Notes: generated from the letters alone by a model not told the origin. DNA of 56,309 nt from a virus (IMGVR_UViG_3300031957_003334:1-56309); one strand, 5' to 3'. Positions 47,045 through 56,218 are shown, numbered from the stretch's first letter. Translations and numbers: made by a program.

Positions 47045-48286
47045 TTACATACGACCAAAAATAATCACTTGATGAGTGGGATTTCCAGATGCTGTTTTTC
47101 CAACATTGTGGACTCGATAGTTTTTCTTCATCTTACAAATTCTTTCAATATCATAATAGCATCCAAATCTTTCATCATAATCATCTAAAACCCAGATAGG
47201 GTTTTCGGATTGGAATTGTTTAAGGTTGATTATGTCTGCTATAACGGCTCCCTTATCGTGAGAGGCATCAATATAAAATAAATCTACATCTTTAACGTTG
47301 TGTGATTCAAGATGTTCTTTCAGGTCTTTTGAAGTCCCGCTAACAAAAGTTGTATTGTTTTGAAATTTTTCAACATATTTTTCATTTCTAACATCTCTAA
47401 TATCAGCACTCCAAACATGCCCTTCTGTATCTGACAAACCCTCAGCAAAAGTGTAAAATTGCCAACCTTCGGCTGTTCCCATTTCTACTATTTTTTTACA
47501 CCCTGCTATCTTAGCCAAAGATGACAAATAAAATCCACGTTTTGGCAGAATCTCTAAACACTCTTTTGCGGTTTCTTCAGTAAGTTTATAATTTTTTGTT
47601 TTTTGTATCTGTATGAGAAGATTAATATCATCCCATATTTGTTTATATTCTGAAGGAACTGTGAGTTCTTTTATTTTTCCAACTTTTTCATATGTTTTTG
47701 AAAGTAAATCGTTTTTTTCCAGGACTATTTCCCAGTTCATACCAAAAACATTTCGAGGTATTGATTCGTTTTTGATACATAAACTCTGATGAAACAAGGG
47801 CAACAGATCATGATCTGGCTTATTAACATAAAATTCTGTATATTCATCTTGGTCTACGTCTATCTGAAACTGGAAGAGTGCCTTGCCTCCAACTTTTAAC
47901 ACTCTTTCAATTTCAGATGCTTTTTTTTCAGGGTAAAGCGAATGATCATAGACGTTGCTAAATACAAAATCAAATTCGCCGTCTTTATATTGAAGATTGT
48001 GCATATCCCCCTCGACGACGTGCGGAGGACACGGGACAATATCTATACCACAAGCGTCTACGCCCAATTCTTTTAATGCTACCACTTCTTGACCAGTTCT
48101 AGCACCTATACATAGTGCTCTTTTGTTTCCCGTGTCAAGACCGTGGCGTACAAACAACTCCTTAAATCCCTGTAACTTGAGGTTCCATTCTTCGTTGAGC
48201 CATTTTTGGCGACGGACTGGATCTTCTGTTTTTGTTTTTTGAAACCTTATATACTCTTCATAAGATTTATGCCTACCTGTCGTCAT
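47045..48286 (-). CDS. Two-domain class I SAM methyltransferase
   Basis: Domain 1: LCIGARTGQE, GID, GDMH, FDFVFSN, RVLKVGG. Domain 2 (Methyltransf_24-like): IVEMGTAEG, DLFYIDASH, LDDY. Confidence 0.8.
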   Translation of the reverse strand: MTTGRHKSYEEYIRFQKTKTEDPVRRQKWLNEEWNLKLQGFKELFVRHGLDTGNKRALCIGARTGQEVVALKELGVDACGIDIVPCPPHVVEGDMHNLQYKDGEFDFVFSNVYDHSLYPEKKASEIERVLKVGGKALFQFQIDVDQDEYTEFYVNKPDHDLLPLFHQSLCIKNESIPRNVFGMNWEIVLEKNDLLSKTYEKVGKIKELTVPSEYKQIWDDINLLIQIQKTKNYKLTEETAKECLEILPKRGFYLSSLAKIAGCKKIVEMGTAEGWQFYTFAEGLSDTEGHVWSADIRDVRNEKYVEKFQNNTTFVSGTSKDLKEHLESHNVKDVDLFYIDASHDKGAVIADIINLKQFQSENPIWVLDDYDERFGCYYDIERICKMKKNYRVHNVGKTASGNPTHQVIIFGRM

Positions 48287-49184
48287 TTGTTTGCTCCGTT
48301 ATAAATTTCAAATACGCTTGAGATACTTTTTTCATATCATACTCACTATCATAAGAATTTTTAAGTTTTTGTGAAAAGTCTATCTGTGGGGGAGAATAGA
48401 GACGAACAGGCTCTAGGTCCCATTCATCTTCTTTTATGACAACGGCACCAATCCCAGCAATCTCTTTTGTTCCTCCAGAAGAGGAGCAAATAACTTGCGC
48501 ACCGCACGCCCTAGCATCAACTACAACATTTGGACAATGATCAAGCCACGCTAAATGGATAAAATAATCAGATGCCTTCAATATAGTTAAAACATTTTCA
48601 TATTTTAAATTCCCTAAATATCTTATCCTAGGGTCATCAATTGGTTTGTCATCGGTTTTCCCCATTACAAACAAAACGTCATTATCGTGACTGTGTTCTA
48701 GGAAATACCTTATATTCTCTTGTAGTCTTTTGTGGGGTCTCCAATGAGAAGCACAGGACCATATTTTGTTGTGTTTATTTTTTATGTGTTCTGGGACATC
48801 TGGAATTGATTGTATCAGCTCAAGACTGGCACCATTGTGAATAATCGTGCTGCTCTTATGTTCGCCAAAATATTTGGTCACTAATCTTTTATTAAAATCA
48901 CTCTGAAAGATTACACCATCTGCAACCTTATACGTTTCTAATATTGGTTTGTTTTGTTGGGTATAGTTTTGTTCTGAATTAAAATATATCCCATCTAGTC
49001 TTTGGAATAGTTTTCCAGATGATGGAACTTTGATTTTCTGAATAAACGCCAACGTTGCCACTGGGTCCTGTAAGGCGTTGAATGTAATTCCCTGGTTCCT
49101 CAGGCAATCAAAAAGTTTCCTTCCAAAACAATTGGGACCGGAGTTGCTCGTAAGATCTACGTTCTGGAGATGAATGTTTGTCAT
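48273..49184 (-). CDS. GT4-family glycosyltransferase
   Basis: SGP..F, QRLDG, ADGVIFQS, IIHNG, HKRL and DHCPNVVVDARACG...GGTKE. Confidence 0.8.
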   Translation of the reverse strand: MTNIHLQNVDLTSNSGPNCFGRKLFDCLRNQGITFNALQDPVATLAFIQKIKVPSSGKLFQRLDGIYFNSEQNYTQQNKPILETYKVADGVIFQSDFNKRLVTKYFGEHKSSTIIHNGASLELIQSIPDVPEHIKNKHNKIWSCASHWRPHKRLQENIRYFLEHSHDNDVLFVMGKTDDKPIDDPRIRYLGNLKYENVLTILKASDYFIHLAWLDHCPNVVVDARACGAQVICSSSGGTKEIAGIGAVVIKEDEWDLEPVRLYSPPQIDFSQKLKNSYDSEYDMKKVSQAYLKFITEQTNDDR

Positions 49185-50812
49185 AGGCTTGCCCGAGAGT
49201 ATTTGTTTTTTGCTCTAATTTCTAGCATATTCTTGTGCTGTTGCTCTTGGGCAGTCTTATTAACAGCATTCGGATTTCCTACGTTATAAACGCACAACAC
49301 CTCTTTAACATAAGAAGATTTTTCTCCTGCCATTTCTAGTGCAGGTAACATTATGGCTTGATCATAGGATGATTTAAAATATTCACCAGTTGAATTTAAA
49401 AAATCTCTTTTATCTATATTTTTCCAGACCTTAAACTTTAGCGTCTTTAGGTGAGATGCTCTCCAAGTATCGTCTCTAAAACTATTCTCGACAACAACCT
49501 CATCGGCGTATTTACTTGATTCTTGTCCTACTCTGCCAGTTGGAAACTCAATAAAACTCCCATAAGTCACCAAAGACCCATTATCATAATGCTTATCTAA
49601 TACATCCAGTACATATTTATTAGACAACCAATCATCACCATCTAAAATAACAATAACCTCATCATCTTCAGGGGCGGCTAGATCTACTAGATCACTAATA
49701 TTTTTCAGTGCATATTTCTTTTCTTCGTTTTTAACTAACACAAAGCGAGGATCGTCTCCTATCAACTCTTTGGCATTATTAAACGTTTTATCCGTGGATA
49801 TATCGTCCCCTACATAACATCTCCAACGTTGCTTCTTCTGATCTTTTATGCTTTTGAGTGCGTGAGATATCCAAGACTCAGAATTATAGACAGGCACAAT
49901 GAAGACATATTTTGTATTACTGTCTTCTTCACTAGGCTTTGGGACCAAGGATGCATTTGTGTTTTGGTGTAATATTTCCCAAAAATAGTCTGCTCTGCTT
50001 CCCAAGTAATTACATATCTTTGATGGATCTGTATCCTTAAACCAATCTTCATTTTTGTGTTGAACATTGTTATTAAGTCTTAGATCACATCCGAGCAAAG
50101 CTGCCTCAATCACTAGTCTTGGGCAAGTATCTGACCCTTTGGGTAAAAAAATCAACCCTTTATGTTGAGATATTTTTTGTAGCATATTGTCATAAGGAAT
50201 ACCTTGTACCACTTCATATTCTAAGTTATTTTCTGTAGCATACAATATAGCGTCCTCAGTTCCCTTGATCCAAGACTGTGAACCCATTATAAGGTAAGAA
50301 TTTTTCTTATCTTTGGGCGTCTCTCTGAGGGTGCTTAACTTGTCTAGCAAATCATCATTAAAAATAGAACTCAAAACATAATTTTGCTTGTTTCTCAAAA
50401 CTGGAAACCTGCTAAAGTATTTTTCGCTTTGGTTTTTGCTCATCCAAAAAACACTTGATGCTTTTGCTAAAAAAACAGCAAACAACTTTCCAAAAGAGCT
50501 ATTTTCACATCTACATTCGCCTTCTACTTCTTCATGTTTCTCAACAGATCTCATAGAGCAAAATTTATAATCAAATTCAACTACAGAGTAATTTAATGTT
50601 TTTATTGCTTCCAAATAACAATTTTTTGCCATAAACGAAGTGTTAGTAAAAACCCAATGATAATCTTTCAGAGAATTTATTATGTCGGGAGTTACTTGTG
50701 CAGAATACAAATTAATTATCGGGCTCCAAGCCTTATCTAGAAGACCCTGTGTTGAAAGTTCTGCCCCTCCAGTGTAGTCTTTTAAGAAGGCATCCGAAAC
50801 AAATACATACAT
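49181..50812 (-). CDS. Bifunctional glycosyltransferase (N-terminal GT-B, C-terminal GT2)
   Basis: N-terminal GGAEL, KGT and DTCPRLVIEAALLGC. C-terminal IVPVYN, DDISTD and LDGDDWL. Confidence 0.8.
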   Translation of the reverse strand: MYVFVSDAFLKDYTGGAELSTQGLLDKAWSPIINLYSAQVTPDIINSLKDYHWVFTNTSFMAKNCYLEAIKTLNYSVVEFDYKFCSMRSVEKHEEVEGECRCENSSFGKLFAVFLAKASSVFWMSKNQSEKYFSRFPVLRNKQNYVLSSIFNDDLLDKLSTLRETPKDKKNSYLIMGSQSWIKGTEDAILYATENNLEYEVVQGIPYDNMLQKISQHKGLIFLPKGSDTCPRLVIEAALLGCDLRLNNNVQHKNEDWFKDTDPSKICNYLGSRADYFWEILHQNTNASLVPKPSEEDSNTKYVFIVPVYNSESWISHALKSIKDQKKQRWRCYVGDDISTDKTFNNAKELIGDDPRFVLVKNEEKKYALKNISDLVDLAAPEDDEVIVILDGDDWLSNKYVLDVLDKHYDNGSLVTYGSFIEFPTGRVGQESSKYADEVVVENSFRDDTWRASHLKTLKFKVWKNIDKRDFLNSTGEYFKSSYDQAIMLPALEMAGEKSSYVKEVLCVYNVGNPNAVNKTAQEQQHKNMLEIRAKNKYSRASL

Positions 50813-52059
50813 TACTCTAATTGAGAGAAAAGATTCTCTATTTCCTCATCGGTGGTATCGACCTCTAAAACAGAATCTACATACTTTTTATAGATATTTT
50901 CTTCTGAAAACTCTTCATCTAAATATTCTTTGAGTTGTTGAGCCATCTTCTGCTTGGAGTTAATTGCTTCATAAGAGTTTCTCAGTGCTTTTTTGTAAGA
51001 GTCTTCTTCAACATAACACCACTTTGTACCTTCATTGATAACGCCTTTCCAAACAGCCGCCGGCTCAACTTCTTTCAAATCATATTTGATTTTTGTAAAG
51101 AGGGGCGTTTTTTTGACTTTTCCAGATTTTTCATTTTTAACAGGAGCATATAGAAAATCTACCTGCCCTGACCATGCCGGTGCAACAACTGGTAAGCCAC
51201 TATAAGCCGCCTCAAAAATAGGCAACCCGTACCCCTCTCCGTGTGTCGTAGTAATATAGGACTTAATCCCAGGATGTTTATAGAGAGAATGTATTTCTTC
51301 CTCAGAGAGATTACCGTGAATTAGATAAACTTGACACTTACGGTCTGGATATTTATCACACCAGCCTTTGACTTTTTTTGTTGTCATAGCATCATCAATG
51401 ATCGAGTGGTTTCCTGTGTGAAACTTCAAAACAAGACCAATCTCTTCGTCATCGTGAAATTCCTCAATAAATTGTTTTACAAGGACACCAACATTTTTCC
51501 TTGGCGATATTTGGGCTATAGCAAGAAAGTTAAAATCAGTATCTAGCTTTATGTCAATATCTACTGTATTTTTTTCTTTTACTGGGTATCCAATAACTTC
51601 TACAGGTGTTTCTAAATTAAGAATTCCTGATTCACCTGTTTTGGTGTTTTGATAAGGGTATGAAACATTCATCGATGTCTTGGAGTGCTCAGAAACTACA
51701 ATAATTTTATCAACTTTGTTGCACGCCTGGAGCCATTCCGGAGATATTTTGTCCGTTTCAATACCAGCCGTTACACCGATATTAACTGTAGCATGATTCT
51801 CCCATTCTGTTGGCACAGTTACCTGCAACGACACATCAAACTGACCGTTTGTATGTGCCATTTTATTCATACACTGCAATATGTCCTGTACTTCTGGGTC
51901 AGAAACGTTTATGGGCCAATTTGAAACGCCCCATTCAATAGGCACCACATACAAGTCAAATTTGTCTGGTCGGCTCTTTAATGCTCTATACACTAATCGA
52001 GCGTGTTCACCGTACCCGCTTTTACTTAGGATTGGTCCTTTTAATAAAACTCGAATCAT
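50812..52059 (-). CDS. GT4-family glycosyltransferase
   Basis: SGYGEHAR, SEHSK, RKNV and THGEGYGLPIFEAAYSGLPVVAP.WSG. Confidence 0.85.
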   Translation of the reverse strand: MIRVLLKGPILSKSGYGEHARLVYRALKSRPDKFDLYVVPIEWGVSNWPINVSDPEVQDILQCMNKMAHTNGQFDVSLQVTVPTEWENHATVNIGVTAGIETDKISPEWLQACNKVDKIIVVSEHSKTSMNVSYPYQNTKTGESGILNLETPVEVIGYPVKEKNTVDIDIKLDTDFNFLAIAQISPRKNVGVLVKQFIEEFHDDEEIGLVLKFHTGNHSIIDDAMTTKKVKGWCDKYPDRKCQVYLIHGNLSEEEIHSLYKHPGIKSYITTTHGEGYGLPIFEAAYSGLPVVAPAWSGQVDFLYAPVKNEKSGKVKKTPLFTKIKYDLKEVEPAAVWKGVINEGTKWCYVEEDSYKKALRNSYEAINSKQKMAQQLKEYLDEEFSEENIYKKYVDSVLEVDTTDEEIENLFSQLE

Positions 52060-53321
52060 AACTTTTTAAATCTCCATTTAATGTGATTTTTTCTATTCTC
52101 CCAAGAACCATGCTGCTCGTATATATTAAGCATACATTGGACCCACTTATTGCCAAAATCAGAGAAATTATAGTTTTCCTCAACGTGTTTCCTGCCGGCT
52201 TTTCCAAGTTTTTGGCGCTCCTCAGAGGATAAATCATAAATTTTCTTAAGGGAGTTAATAAAATCTTCTTTAGAAATCCGGTCCTCGTAGATCCAAGGCA
52301 CCTGCTGTGATCCGATTACTGATTTTGAAGTTGGCTCAATACCTACACCAAACCAGTCTGTTCCGTTTGTGACCTGCTCTTGAAGTCCTCCAGTCATATT
52401 TACAATAATTGGAGTTTCGCACGATAACGATTCAAGAGTTGCTAAACCAAAACCCTCAGCATCTGATATGTTAATAGTACAATCTGCAAGATTATAGAGC
52501 ATCGACAAGTCTTGAGGAGACATCTTGTTTATAGAAAACCCTATCTGACCATCTCGCAGACCTAAGTGTTCAGCAATAACGCCCAGTGGCTGTCCGTGGG
52601 GATCATCTAGATCTGTGTGCATCAAAAGGGTGGCTTTATCATGACCTACTTCATCTAGAAATTCTTTAAACCAATAGATAAGCGTTCCAGACTGTTTTCT
52701 TCGGGCGTTACGATTATTCCAAAAAAAGACGACCTTGTTTTCCATATTATATTGTTTGCGAATATTTGAAATAATGTCTCGGTCTTCTTGGGAAAACCTT
52801 CTCTTGAAGATGCTTAAGTCCACAGCGTGAGGAATATATTGTTCATCCACGTTAGGACTAACAGTTTGTACAATATCGCTAGTGACCTTAGAGATGGTCA
52901 CTATTTTATCATTCGAGTTATATTTTGACTGATTAAACGTTGGGTAAGGGTAATTGTCCCAAACGTGATAATAAACCATCGGGACATTCTCTCTAATTTC
53001 ATCCTCCATATGCCACAACCACTCATAAAAACGAGGATCAGTCATAAAATATAAAATGTCGGGCTTAAACTGTAGCATAAAGCGGCGAACATCCTGCTGG
53101 GTTCCATACCCTTTTACAGGGAAAATTAGCCAATCTTCGCCGTATCCATCTACCTTAGTAGGTTCATATGATGGGTGGTCTACAGCACCACCAAGAGATA
53201 TAACTTGAAACTTTCCAGACTTTAGAAGTGCCTCAATTACATACTTTGTTTGTGTTCCAACCCCAGATGGCAAAAGAGGGTGGTCACTAATCGTTAAAAC
53301 TTTTATTTTCTTGTCGGACAA
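52056..53321 (-). CDS. GT4-family glycosyltransferase
   Basis: SDHP..PSGVG, IPHAVD, RNARRK and EGFGLATLESLSCETP.I...TGGL. Start moved to TTG 53321 (SD AGGAGG). Confidence 0.85.
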   Translation of the reverse strand: MSDKKIKVLTISDHPLLPSGVGTQTKYVIEALLKSGKFQVISLGGAVDHPSYEPTKVDGYGEDWLIFPVKGYGTQQDVRRFMLQFKPDILYFMTDPRFYEWLWHMEDEIRENVPMVYYHVWDNYPYPTFNQSKYNSNDKIVTISKVTSDIVQTVSPNVDEQYIPHAVDLSIFKRRFSQEDRDIISNIRKQYNMENKVVFFWNNRNARRKQSGTLIYWFKEFLDEVGHDKATLLMHTDLDDPHGQPLGVIAEHLGLRDGQIGFSINKMSPQDLSMLYNLADCTINISDAEGFGLATLESLSCETPIIVNMTGGLQEQVTNGTDWFGVGIEPTSKSVIGSQQVPWIYEDRISKEDFINSLKKIYDLSSEERQKLGKAGRKHVEENYNFSDFGNKWVQCMLNIYEQHGSWENRKNHIKWRFKKL

Positions 53322-53332
53322 AATTGTTCCTC

Positions 53333-54172
53333 CTACGAACAGTATTCCGTCTGGTAAAACTCGCAAGTACCGAATCGGTCTTTACAGTTCGTACAAGCAG
53401 CACGGTTTTTAATATAGTTCTCTTTGTTAATATTATGCAACGCTTTTGTTAAGGCGTTAAGAGCATCTGTTGTTCTTTTTTTCGCTGCCGTCACCCGCAC
53501 GAACTCGGCTTTCTTTCCAGCCTTCGCAGTTCGTTTGAGCAAAACGAAGTGACAGTCAACGTCTTTCGGGTCAACTTCATACTTCTGGGCATAGAAGTGT
53601 TTATAGAATACGAGTTGGTAGGCGAGGATCTTGTCGCTCTTCTTTTCACGACGCCATCCCCAGGAGCAGGTCTTCCAGTCAATCAGGTGGATTTTCTCAT
53701 CCTTCTTGGAGTAGACTACAAGGTCAATAAAGCCTTTGAACTTTTTTTCTGCTTCCGTGAATTCTGTGATGGGTTCGTAGAGTTGCTCTTCGGCTGCCAA
53801 CACTTCCCAGTCCTCACCCAGTTTACCGAACTTGTCGGCAAGGCAGCGGTAAAGGTCGGGAATGATTTGAACGCCATTTAGCAGCCACTCTTTGAGGGCG
53901 AAATCCCTTTTGGCTTCTAGTTGGGCATCATCGGGCAGGGCGTTAAGTTCGGCGATGAATTGCTCTTTAACTAATGCCTCAATCGTGCCCGGCTCTCTGT
54001 ACTTTTCGGGGGAAGTCAAAGTAAATTCACAAACAGTGTGAATCGCCTTCCCAAAAGCAGTGTAGATATTGCCCTCAAACTGGGCAACCTTGTCAATGTA
54101 AGTGAGTTTGTGGTAGTGAGGGCAGATGTGCCAGTTCTTCCACTCGGAGTAGGAAATGTGTTTGCCAGCCAA
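53333..54172 (-). CDS. PD-(D/E)XK nuclease, RecB/Cas4-like
   Basis: ISYS.....CP, FGKAIH, E, GFIDL, IDWKT, QL.FY and the C-terminal Cys cluster CTNC.....CEF....C. Confidence 0.85.
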   Translation of the reverse strand: MAGKHISYSEWKNWHICPHYHKLTYIDKVAQFEGNIYTAFGKAIHTVCEFTLTSPEKYREPGTIEALVKEQFIAELNALPDDAQLEAKRDFALKEWLLNGVQIIPDLYRCLADKFGKLGEDWEVLAAEEQLYEPITEFTEAEKKFKGFIDLVVYSKKDEKIHLIDWKTCSWGWRREKKSDKILAYQLVFYKHFYAQKYEVDPKDVDCHFVLLKRTAKAGKKAEFVRVTAAKKRTTDALNALTKALHNINKENYIKNRAACTNCKDRFGTCEFYQTEYCS

Positions 54173-54196
54173 TGTAACCTGCTTTCTTACTTATTC

Positions 54197-54868
54197 TTAT
54201 TTATTATAGAGATCTTTGTGTATTTCGTCAATTTTTAAATACAAAAATGGGCTAATTTTTTTCAATGAATCTTGCTTGTCTAAATAGTATGCCTCAAAAC
54301 CAGTAGCAAAATATTCCCGTAATGATACCGCAGCATACGGTCTAATAAAGAGACCAGAAGTGAGCATTTTTAACATACTTTTTCCAACCCTTTTGTACAA
54401 GAAATTGTCAAAAGCCGTAGAAAACCTAACGTCACTAAAATCAAATTCATCAGTCCAATATCCCTCGGACCTAATTTCATATTCTAATTGCTTTCTTTTT
54501 TTGAGAAATTCTTTCTTAATACTTTCGTCGCCATATATCTTTTCAAGATGGAGTGTCTCAAGATGGTGTGCAAATTCGTGGACGATATCATCCAAAATGT
54601 CCTGATGATTGTCTTGTTGATTTGTTATATGGAGATAACCATCTCGGTAGAGAGCGTTAACTTCTCTTTCGTCGAAGTCTTTCAGGTGGTTGATTTTTAT
54701 ACCTTTCACTCCTTTGAAATAATGAGAAGGAAAGTTTTTCTCTAAAGCCTTGAGTATATGGTCTAAATTTATTCCATTAGGTAAAAGATCTATCTCTTCT
54801 ACTTCAATCCCCCCAAGACGAAATCTTTTTGGGCTGTTTTCCATTTTTTCTAAAATATATTCTCTCAT
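54197..54868 (-). CDS. Zincin-like HExxH metalloprotease
   Basis: IVHEFAHHLE followed by YAAVSLREYFATGFEAY (third-ligand E pattern as in lethal-factor-like zincins). Confidence 0.65.
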   Translation of the reverse strand: MREYILEKMENSPKRFRLGGIEVEEIDLLPNGINLDHILKALEKNFPSHYFKGVKGIKINHLKDFDEREVNALYRDGYLHITNQQDNHQDILDDIVHEFAHHLETLHLEKIYGDESIKKEFLKKRKQLEYEIRSEGYWTDEFDFSDVRFSTAFDNFLYKRVGKSMLKMLTSGLFIRPYAAVSLREYFATGFEAYYLDKQDSLKKISPFLYLKIDEIHKDLYNK

Positions 54869-56172
54869 AGTATTTCCGCAGCCAATGTTGCTAGTTTTGA
54901 TCTTTCTCCCTTATAAAGAGTGACGTGACCAGAGATTTGAAATTCTTTAAACTTTTCAACAGCATGAGTTAATCCATTCGAAACAGCATCCACATAGGAA
55001 TTATCGATTTGTTGAATATCGCCTGTCAAAACTAACTTAGTACCGTGACCAACCCTTGTTATTATAGTTTTTAACTCGTGGGCTGTTAAGTTTTGTGCCT
55101 CATCAACAATCATAAATGCGTTTGAAATTGATCTGCCTCGGATATACGTCATTGCCTCTATTTCTACTACTCCTTGTTCTATTTGCATATCTAGAGCAGT
55201 CTTGTCTCCAAATAGATATTCTAAGTTATCACGCAAAGGGGCAACCCAGGGCATCATTTTTTCTTCCAGGGTTCCTGGTAAAAATCCGATATCTCTACCC
55301 ATTGGTTGAACTGGTCGTGTTATGATTAACTTGTCGTATCCGCCTTGAGATCTGGTACTATGAAGGACTTGTTCTAAACCACAGGCGGCTGCGATGAGTG
55401 TCTTTCCAGTGCCGGCTTGTCCCGTTAAAGATACGATATGAACATCTTTATCGAAAAGCAAATCCATAGCAAATTTCTGTTCTTTATTGTTAGCAGACAA
55501 TCCCCAAATATCTTTATAGGTAAGAATCTTTTTTAGGGGAGAATTTTTATTTGTAAATCTGGCAATGGCTGACTTACTTTCATTAGATTCTGATTTTAGA
55601 ATCAAAAAATGATTGGGATAAAGTTTTGTTTTTTGTTCAGGTAAGTTTATTTCACCACCATTATAAAATTTGTCAATTTGGTCGTCCGGCAAAAAAATCT
55701 CTGAGATTCCATCATATAACTTTTCTACCGACTTGACGGCTTGTTGTGGTTGGTAATCATAACACTCGATCCCGAAAGAATCACATTTGACCCTCATATT
55801 CAAGTCTCTGGATATGATTGCTACATCATGTCCCTCTAATTTTAGTCTTAGTGTGACGGCAATTATTTTATTATCTGCATCATTTGGTTCCATTCCTGCT
55901 GGCATATATCTTGGATCATATTGTGCTGCAAAAACTCTTCCTTTGCCACTTCCAAGTGGAACACCTGCAAATAAACTTCCTTTTTTTCTTAAATTGTCCA
56001 AAACACGATTCATCATCCTGGCGTTTAAACCGGCTGTATCCTGTCGATGTTTGTGTTTATCTATCTCGTCGAGAACCATTGTTGGAATAGCGATATCGCT
56101 GCGACCAAAAGAGAACAACGATTGAGCCTCTGTTAAGTAAACATTTGTATCTAGTATTAGAGTTTTAGTCAA
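54865..56172 (-). CDS. phoH: PhoH-family ATPase with N-terminal PIN domain (PhoH2)
   Basis: PIN: LDTNV, LDEID, ADNKI, SRDLNMR. PhoH: GQAGTGKT, GFLPG, RGRS, DEAQN, GDIQQID. TTG start with SD AGGAGG. Confidence 0.9.
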   Translation of the reverse strand: MTKTLILDTNVYLTEAQSLFSFGRSDIAIPTMVLDEIDKHKHRQDTAGLNARMMNRVLDNLRKKGSLFAGVPLGSGKGRVFAAQYDPRYMPAGMEPNDADNKIIAVTLRLKLEGHDVAIISRDLNMRVKCDSFGIECYDYQPQQAVKSVEKLYDGISEIFLPDDQIDKFYNGGEINLPEQKTKLYPNHFLILKSESNESKSAIARFTNKNSPLKKILTYKDIWGLSANNKEQKFAMDLLFDKDVHIVSLTGQAGTGKTLIAAACGLEQVLHSTRSQGGYDKLIITRPVQPMGRDIGFLPGTLEEKMMPWVAPLRDNLEYLFGDKTALDMQIEQGVVEIEAMTYIRGRSISNAFMIVDEAQNLTAHELKTIITRVGHGTKLVLTGDIQQIDNSYVDAVSNGLTHAVEKFKEFQISGHVTLYKGERSKLATLAAEIL

Positions 56173-56199
56173 AATTTCGTGCCTCCTAAAGGCTTATAG

Positions 56200-56206
56200 T
56201 AAATAG
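56200..56206 (-). promoter_or_regulatory. Putative late-promoter motif CTATTTA
   Basis: Lies between the terminator and the phoH SD. Same 7-mer as at 34509. Confidence 0.45.
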
Positions 56207-56218
56207 ATTCTTTAAAAT

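Noticed and set aside
35945-53321. Bacterial O-antigen/capsule locus (cellular origin of the window)
   Set aside because: There is no flippase, polymerase, chain-length regulator or initiating transferase. The flanks are baseplate, gp55-like sigma, PhoH and RuvC-like genes with no housekeeping genes.
222-56125. The many short plus-strand ORFs and nested minus-strand ORFs in the track
   Set aside because: They lie antisense to or inside long, motif-bearing minus-strand genes and have no recognisable motifs. They are shadow ORFs.
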